In this document: positions 59,006-64,000 of the stretch, piece by piece | How the letters are laid out: the number at the start of each line of letters is the position of its first letter | Numbering within the stretch: position 1 is the first letter of the stretch | Source of the DNA: Sedimentisphaeraceae bacterium JB056 | GTDB taxonomy: Bacteria; Planctomycetota; Phycisphaerae; Sedimentisphaerales; Sedimentisphaeraceae | Length of the DNA stretch: 64,000 nt | Assembly: GCA_044440125.1 (NCBI GenBank) | Contig: JBITAJ010000021.1 | Location: forward strand, 192,001-256,000 | Direction: 5' to 3' | Notes under the pieces: generated by a model | What the model saw: only the letters and a program-made list of their open reading frames with translations | The model's database searches: none | What the model was told of the DNA's origin: nothing | Position numbers and translations under genes: made by a program

Positions 59006-61234
59006 TTATGGTAAAATACAATCAGCATCGGTCGGTTCTGTGCAATTAAGCCAGCTTGAAGCTAAAAGATAAAAGTCTTCATAATCAACTTCACAATCGA
59101 AGTTAATGTCGGCAGTCTTGTAACCCCAATCGCCGCAGCTTCCATCATCGTCAACAATTATAACATTTAACGACTCACCATATCGGCCATCATAAAGGCT
59201 GTCATCACTTGTAATAGCGTGAGTAATCGTTACAACCTGCTGTCCATTATCCAAATCATCATCATCGGTAGATACAATTACTTCCTGAGCAACATCCCAA
59301 TCAGAAGTAGTAAAGGTTAAAACAGTCTCAACACCGACACCATTGCCGAAGTCAAGAATATCATTGCTCAAAGTAACAGATACATCAGATGTAGGCTCGA
59401 AAGCAAGACTCAGCATATACGAATCCGTAGAGTAACCCTCGACTACTTTGGTGTCACCATCAGTTTCTGTTATAACTATCGTTGAACCGGCATACTCATT
59501 GTAAGCGGCTTCAATCTGAGTTGAACTAAGTGCACTTGTATAAATCTTAAGCTCATCAAGAGAACCGCTGGCTACTATTCTTTTAGCATAGGTATTAGTT
59601 AAATTACCTATACCCAATCCTGTTCCGTCATTGAGACTTACACCGGCCGCCGTTTCAGTAGCAACTAAGACGCCGTCGACATAAAGTGAAAATATATTAC
59701 CCTCTCTTGTTGCTGCATAATGATGCCATTGATCGTCATTATAGCTATCTGTTGACAACAAAGCAGGACAATTAGCACCTAAGAACCACCTTGCTTTGTA
59801 TTCATTTAGCTTATCACAACTCATCAGGTACATATTACCTGCAGTATTGCCTTCTGAATCACTATACTGTCCAAACATCATGCAGCGATTAGCCGGAGCA
59901 GTAGAAGCCTTAGCCCATCCAGTAAGTGTAAAATCACCAGTTGCGCTCAAGTTATTATTAGGATCTATAACAGGCAAATTAGTTGGCAACTCAACAAAAG
60001 TTGCGCTATCGTAAACAATTCCTGCAGTAGTAAAATCAATATCGCCACCAGCATAGGCATGTCCCCATGTACCCGTATGACCATATACTGAATTCATCAC
60101 AATATTATTACTGCTGACAGGCCAATCAAATTTATAATAGGCTATCAGGCCATCGCTCAATGTGATATCATCATCAATTATGGATACATCAACATTGCTC
60201 ACAGAGATAACATTATAGTCGTTATCGTTGCTTGCAATCGTATGCGTAATAGTCTCTACCCTGCTGCCAATGAAAACATTATCATCAAGACTCGCTACCG
60301 TAACTGTTTGTGCTGAAGTCCAGTTAGCAGGAGTAAAGGTCAGGACAACTGAATTACCTACACCGGCACCTAAATCAAGTGAGGCTGGCGGCATGCAAGT
60401 AATTACAACATCATCTGAAGGTTCACTTCCAATGCTAATACTGTAACTATCGGTTAAACCACCCTCTACAACTTCTGTGCCACCGTCTGTTTGATCTACA
60501 TTAACTTCAAGTTTTGACTCAAAGATTGCGAGTATTTCAGTGCCACTTAAAACTGAATCATAAACTTTCAGTTCATCATAATGTCCCTGCGCAGTAATAC
60601 ATTGCGTAGTCACATTTGATAAGTTACCGATTGCCAAATTAGAGTTCTGGTTCAAATCTAAAGATGCAATTGACATACTGTCAACTTCTTGACCGTCAAC
60701 ATACAATCTTGCCGTTGCACCATCATATGTAAATGCAAAAAGATGCCATTGATTATCGTTATACGCTGCAGAAGAATTAAGCCTGCTGCCATTTATAAAA
60801 ACACCTGCTTTGTAGCCATAGGCTGCTCGATTGTCAGCAGCAGTAAAATAAAAATTATTACTTCCTGTCGAACCGACATTAGAATACTGCCCGAATAAGA
60901 AACCCCTGCTTGATGTTGTAACCGGACATTTAGCCCAACCCATAAGCGTAAAATCAGCACCATCTGCCAGGGAGACACCTGTATCAAATGACTGAATACC
61001 ACCGAAAGAAACACCGGTAAGAATGACACCTTCGGCTGTTGAGTCAAATGTACTCGAAGATGCAGTGCCATTGCCCCAGGCTCCAGACTCGCCGGCAACA
61101 GAGTTTACCAATGGGTCACCCGCTGCAGACCATGATTCTTCAAAACTGTAACTTCCTACCAATTGCCCGCTAACAACACTGACAGCAGCAGAGAATAAAA
61201 TCAGTACACATAAATAATTTGCATATTTTTTCAT
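59006..61234 (-). CDS. Secreted non-catalytic protein: (LamG + Calx-beta/cadherin-like) x2 plus dockerin-like tag
   Basis: Signal peptide; two LamG domains; two 'T.VVEG..TDSY...P..DV...LTFT...W...Q.V.V...DD' linker domains; terminal CGDWGYKTADINFDCEVDYEDFYLLASSWLNCTEP. Confidence 0.75.
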   Translation of the reverse strand: MKKYANYLCVLILFSAAVSVVSGQLVGSYSFEESWSAAGDPLVNSVAGESGAWGNGTASSSTFDSTAEGVILTGVSFGGIQSFDTGVSLADGADFTLMGWAKCPVTTSSRGFLFGQYSNVGSTGSNNFYFTAADNRAAYGYKAGVFINGSRLNSSAAYNDNQWHLFAFTYDGATARLYVDGQEVDSMSIASLDLNQNSNLAIGNLSNVTTQCITAQGHYDELKVYDSVLSGTEILAIFESKLEVNVDQTDGGTEVVEGGLTDSYSISIGSEPSDDVVITCMPPASLDLGAGVGNSVVLTFTPANWTSAQTVTVASLDDNVFIGSRVETITHTIASNDNDYNVISVSNVDVSIIDDDITLSDGLIAYYKFDWPVSSNNIVMNSVYGHTGTWGHAYAGGDIDFTTAGIVYDSATFVELPTNLPVIDPNNNLSATGDFTLTGWAKASTAPANRCMMFGQYSDSEGNTAGNMYLMSCDKLNEYKARWFLGANCPALLSTDSYNDDQWHHYAATREGNIFSLYVDGVLVATETAAGVSLNDGTGLGIGNLTNTYAKRIVASGSLDELKIYTSALSSTQIEAAYNEYAGSTIVITETDGDTKVVEGYSTDSYMLSLAFEPTSDVSVTLSNDILDFGNGVGVETVLTFTTSDWDVAQEVIVSTDDDDLDNGQQVVTITHAITSDDSLYDGRYGESLNVIIVDDDGSCGDWGYKTADINFDCEVDYEDFYLLASSWLNCTEPTDADCILP

Positions 61235-61281
61235 TTTTAAAGCTCCAAATAAATTTTATATTTTTCTCGTCCGCTCATCAA

Positions 61282-62532
61282 TTAAAACTCATAGACACAA
61301 GAAACTCCTGAAGGCTCTGTGCAGCTAAGCCAATCGGAAACCATCATGTTCAAATCTGCCAAACCAACATAGCAATCTCCGCTCACATCACCTGCAAGCA
61401 TTCCCCAGTCACCACAACTGCCGTCATCATCAAATACTGTCACAATCGTGTCATTAAGATGTATTCCATCATAATCAGGATCACTGCTGGAAACGGTATT
61501 GACTATTATGTCTGATTTAACGCCATTATCTATCGCATCATCAACTGATGTAACTGTTATTGTTTGGGGAACATTCCAGTCAGATGCAGTAAATGTTAAT
61601 GTAATAGGCAAACCTGCTCCATTCCCAACGTCAACAGAATTCGGATCAGCAGTAAAATAAACGTCTTCTAAAGGCTCTTGTGTGAGACTTATAATTATAC
61701 TATCAGTTATAACCGCTTCAGCAATTCTGGTTTCATCTTCAGTCTCTTCAATACCAACATAAGATGATTGATTATAAACAGTTGCTATTTCTGCCGCACT
61801 CAAAGCATTATCATAAACGCGAAGCTCATCATAGGTTCCTGTGGTAGGCATCTTTTGCGCATTGAGATTTGAAAGGTTACCTATCGCCAGGTTACTGTCT
61901 GAATTGAAGATAATGCCTGAGAAACTTTCACTTGCGACTTCAACACCATCGACATACAGCTTTGCTGTACTGCCGTCATAAGTTGCCGCTACATGATGCC
62001 ACTGGTCATCATTATACGCATCTGCCGACATCAAAGCCGGACAATTGCTGCCTAAATATAAGCGGGCTTTGAAACCGTTCACCTTATCACAAGGTGACAG
62101 GTACATGTTACCGCCGGTTGCACCTGTACTGCTGTACTGCCCGAACATCATGCTTCGCCAGGTAGTAGTTGCAACAGGCGTCTTAGACCATCCCATGACA
62201 GTAAAATTATCTCCGTCAACAAACTGAGATCCAGTGTCTATCGCAATGTGATTCGATAGAATAACACTGCTGATATCCGTAAAATGTAAACCTTTATTGA
62301 CAAAACCATCGACCGAAATAGCGTAAGTAAGGTCTGTTCCTGCAGCATTCCTGTCTTCTATGACAGCATTGCCCCAGGCTCCAGACTCACCGGCAATCTC
62401 GTTTATTACAACATCACTGGTTTTCTCAAAGCCATCTTCCAAATAATACTCTGCAACCAAACCTGCATTAGAAAAACCAACAGCTAAAGCAAGAAATAAA
62501 AGACAAACAAGATAATCCACTTTTTTAATCAT
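61282..62532 (-). CDS. Secreted non-catalytic protein: LamG + Calx-beta/cadherin-like + dockerin-like tag
   Basis: Single-unit paralog of 59006-61234; terminal CGDWGMLAGDVSGDCYVGLADLNMMVSDWLSCTEP. Confidence 0.75.
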   Translation of the reverse strand: MIKKVDYLVCLLFLALAVGFSNAGLVAEYYLEDGFEKTSDVVINEIAGESGAWGNAVIEDRNAAGTDLTYAISVDGFVNKGLHFTDISSVILSNHIAIDTGSQFVDGDNFTVMGWSKTPVATTTWRSMMFGQYSSTGATGGNMYLSPCDKVNGFKARLYLGSNCPALMSADAYNDDQWHHVAATYDGSTAKLYVDGVEVASESFSGIIFNSDSNLAIGNLSNLNAQKMPTTGTYDELRVYDNALSAAEIATVYNQSSYVGIEETEDETRIAEAVITDSIIISLTQEPLEDVYFTADPNSVDVGNGAGLPITLTFTASDWNVPQTITVTSVDDAIDNGVKSDIIVNTVSSSDPDYDGIHLNDTIVTVFDDDGSCGDWGMLAGDVSGDCYVGLADLNMMVSDWLSCTEPSGVSCVYEF

Positions 62533-62777
62533 TTTTCATTCTCCTATAAAATTTTTTAATCTGAATATTCATTAACTAAAAAATACATCGAATACTCATA
62601 ACTATCCATTTCTGTTTTTCACAATCAAGCTCCTTTGACAAATTACATTACCTGTTATGAACCGCATAAAGTCAGACAGAAGTTGTCGTGTATTATAAAT
62701 ATATGCATCAATATATTGTACTTACATACAGCATCACATCCAATCAATGCCTGAAACTGAACATACACCCACACTCT

Positions 62778-62829
62778 GGTACTATATTAAGTAACAATGT
62801 TATTTTATGTAATAACAAAACATTGTCAA
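62778..62829 (-). promoter_or_regulatory. Promoter with tandem operator copies upstream of the 62532-43156 gene run
   Basis: Minus strand TTGACA (62829-62824)-N16-TAAAAT (62807-62802). Operator-like sites GGTACTATATTAAGTAACAA (62778-62797) and GTTATTTTATGTAATAACAA (62799-62818). Confidence 0.65.
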
Positions 62830-62847
62830 CACATATTTCCCAATTAC

Positions 62848-64000
62848 CTAAGATTCAAAGGCAAAATCTTCGCTTCTAACTTTCTCTATAAATTCTTTTG
62901 TAACAGGGTATTTACTTATAAGAATCAGTGCAGCAAGTGAAGCTATAGGTCCGACCACAAATGTCAAAGCACATACCCGCCACATAGACTCATCACTCTG
63001 CACCGCCTCTGCGCCGGCCTCAAAGCCCGTCCACGACAAACAGTAACCAGCCACAAGAAACGCCACTGCCATGGATATTTTCATCGCTAACGAAAACATT
63101 GCCGCATAGCTGCCGTCTTTGTTGACACCGGTCTTTATTCGGTTTATTTCAGATACATCAGCCATCATTGACACAGCCGTCGGCATCATAATACCATTTC
63201 CAAACCAGTAAGCTCCATGGAAAAAAGCAAAAAGTATAAAAGCTATCGGCACGCCGAAACTAACCTGACCGGGCTTTATAAAACCTGTAAGGAATAAGAC
63301 CGCCAATACAAGCTCACAAAAAACAGACCAAAATACAGCCACGCATATAGCTCCCTTTTTGTCAAACCGGCGAACAAAAAACGCCAGAGACAGAGAGCCA
63401 AGCCCCATACCAACCATCGTACCGCCATGAGCAATTGTTTTCTGAAGACCATTAAGCCCCATAAAATCGTCAAATACATACATCTGAAGATTACTGACAA
63501 GTACGATTCCAAGCAGCACGAAAAACATGAATACAAAGACCCATCTCGGGTATTTATCGAGAAGAATATCTTTGATATCCTTAAAAAACTCTTTTATCCC
63601 GCGAGGGCAGGTATCGGTATGTCGCGAATCTTTAATATACTTAGACGTGAAGAAAAGCATCAAAAACAAAAATGCAAATGAGGCGATCGTAAAAGTAGTA
63701 CCCATCGTTACATAATTTCCAGCCTCTTGTGTAGCCTTGTTATTCTCGGGGTTGCCGCCGAAAAAGATGAACCATGCCATTGCCGGACCGCAGAGATTAG
63801 CCGCCATATTCAAACCGTTACGAATACCCTGTATCTTGGAGCGCCCGTCGTAATCATCACATATCTCAAAACCAAGTGCTGTGTATGGGACAACGAAAAC
63901 TGTATACGCTGTTCGAAGTATAAGATTCATCACGACAAGATAAAAGAAGAGCATTTTTGTACTCGATATAGTCAGCGAACCTAATACCAATTCTTTCTTA
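62848..64000 (-). CDS. MFS glycoside-pentoside-hexuronide (MelB-like) sugar transporter (partial; 5' end outside the window)
   Basis: TVFVVPY.ALG.E...DYD.RS and SMMADV.E......G....G.Y.A.FS...K motifs; multiple TM helices; the frame stays open to the window edge. Confidence 0.85.
   Translation of the reverse strand, partial: KKELVLGSLTISSTKMLFFYLVVMNLILRTAYTVFVVPYTALGFEICDDYDGRSKIQGIRNGLNMAANLCGPAMAWFIFFGGNPENNKATQEAGNYVTMGTTFTIASFAFLFLMLFFTSKYIKDSRHTDTCPRGIKEFFKDIKDILLDKYPRWVFVFMFFVLLGIVLVSNLQMYVFDDFMGLNGLQKTIAHGGTMVGMGLGSLSLAFFVRRFDKKGAICVAVFWSVFCELVLAVLFLTGFIKPGQVSFGVPIAFILFAFFHGAYWFGNGIMMPTAVSMMADVSEINRIKTGVNKDGSYAAMFSLAMKISMAVAFLVAGYCLSWTGFEAGAEAVQSDESMWRVCALTFVVGPIASLAALILISKYPVTKEFIEKVRSEDFAFES

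Noticed and set aside
1..64000. CRISPR array, tRNA/rRNA, prophage or anti-phage defence genes
   Set aside because: No regularly spaced repeats, RNA-gene signatures, or nuclease/integrase/phage motifs were seen; intergenic gaps are short and accounted for.

Overview
This AT-rich window is almost fully coding and holds two convergent glycan-utilisation loci. The gene content (prepilin-type H-X9-DG proteins, single-EF-hand dockerin-like tags ending in 'LA..WL', LamG and NPCBM modules, many sulfatases) points to a Planctomycetota, probably Phycisphaerae/Sedimentisphaerales-like genome; this is an inference. Left locus (1-20930): two tandem secreted paralogs on the - strand sit divergent from a + strand operon. 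That operon encodes a GntR/LacI-type regulator, a prepilin-type protein, two non-canonical BNR/sialidase-fold proteins, a GH141-like beta-helix protein, an unknown secreted NPCBM enzyme, four Cys-type sulfatases and an AmpG-like permease. Right locus (21366-64000, all - strand), exported part: dockerin-tagged LamG proteins, a prepilin-type protein, a CapA-family protein, a Tat-exported D-aminoacylase, GH42-like and GH71/99-like enzymes, two esterase domains and three ~1200-1300 aa NPCBM/(alpha/alpha)6 paralogs. Right locus, cytoplasmic part: an amidohydrolase pair, a two-subunit Fe-S hydro-lyase, AtuA plus DUF4387, an SSS symporter, an XRE-cupin regulator, a DegT aminotransferase, Hyi-like and xylose-isomerase-like enzymes and a Gfo/Idh/MocA oxidoreductase. 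Reading the DNA directly adds: a repeated GTTA-N10-TAACAA operator over three promoters that would tie ~41 kb into one regulon, a 122-bp MITE with an 8-bp target duplication, an internally deleted IS30, a high-GC patch inside a sulfatase gene, a 134-bp gene-conversion tract, a candidate ~80-nt sRNA and an ORF missed by the track. No rRNA, tRNA or CRISPR array was seen. All family calls come from motif recognition by eye, not from database searches.
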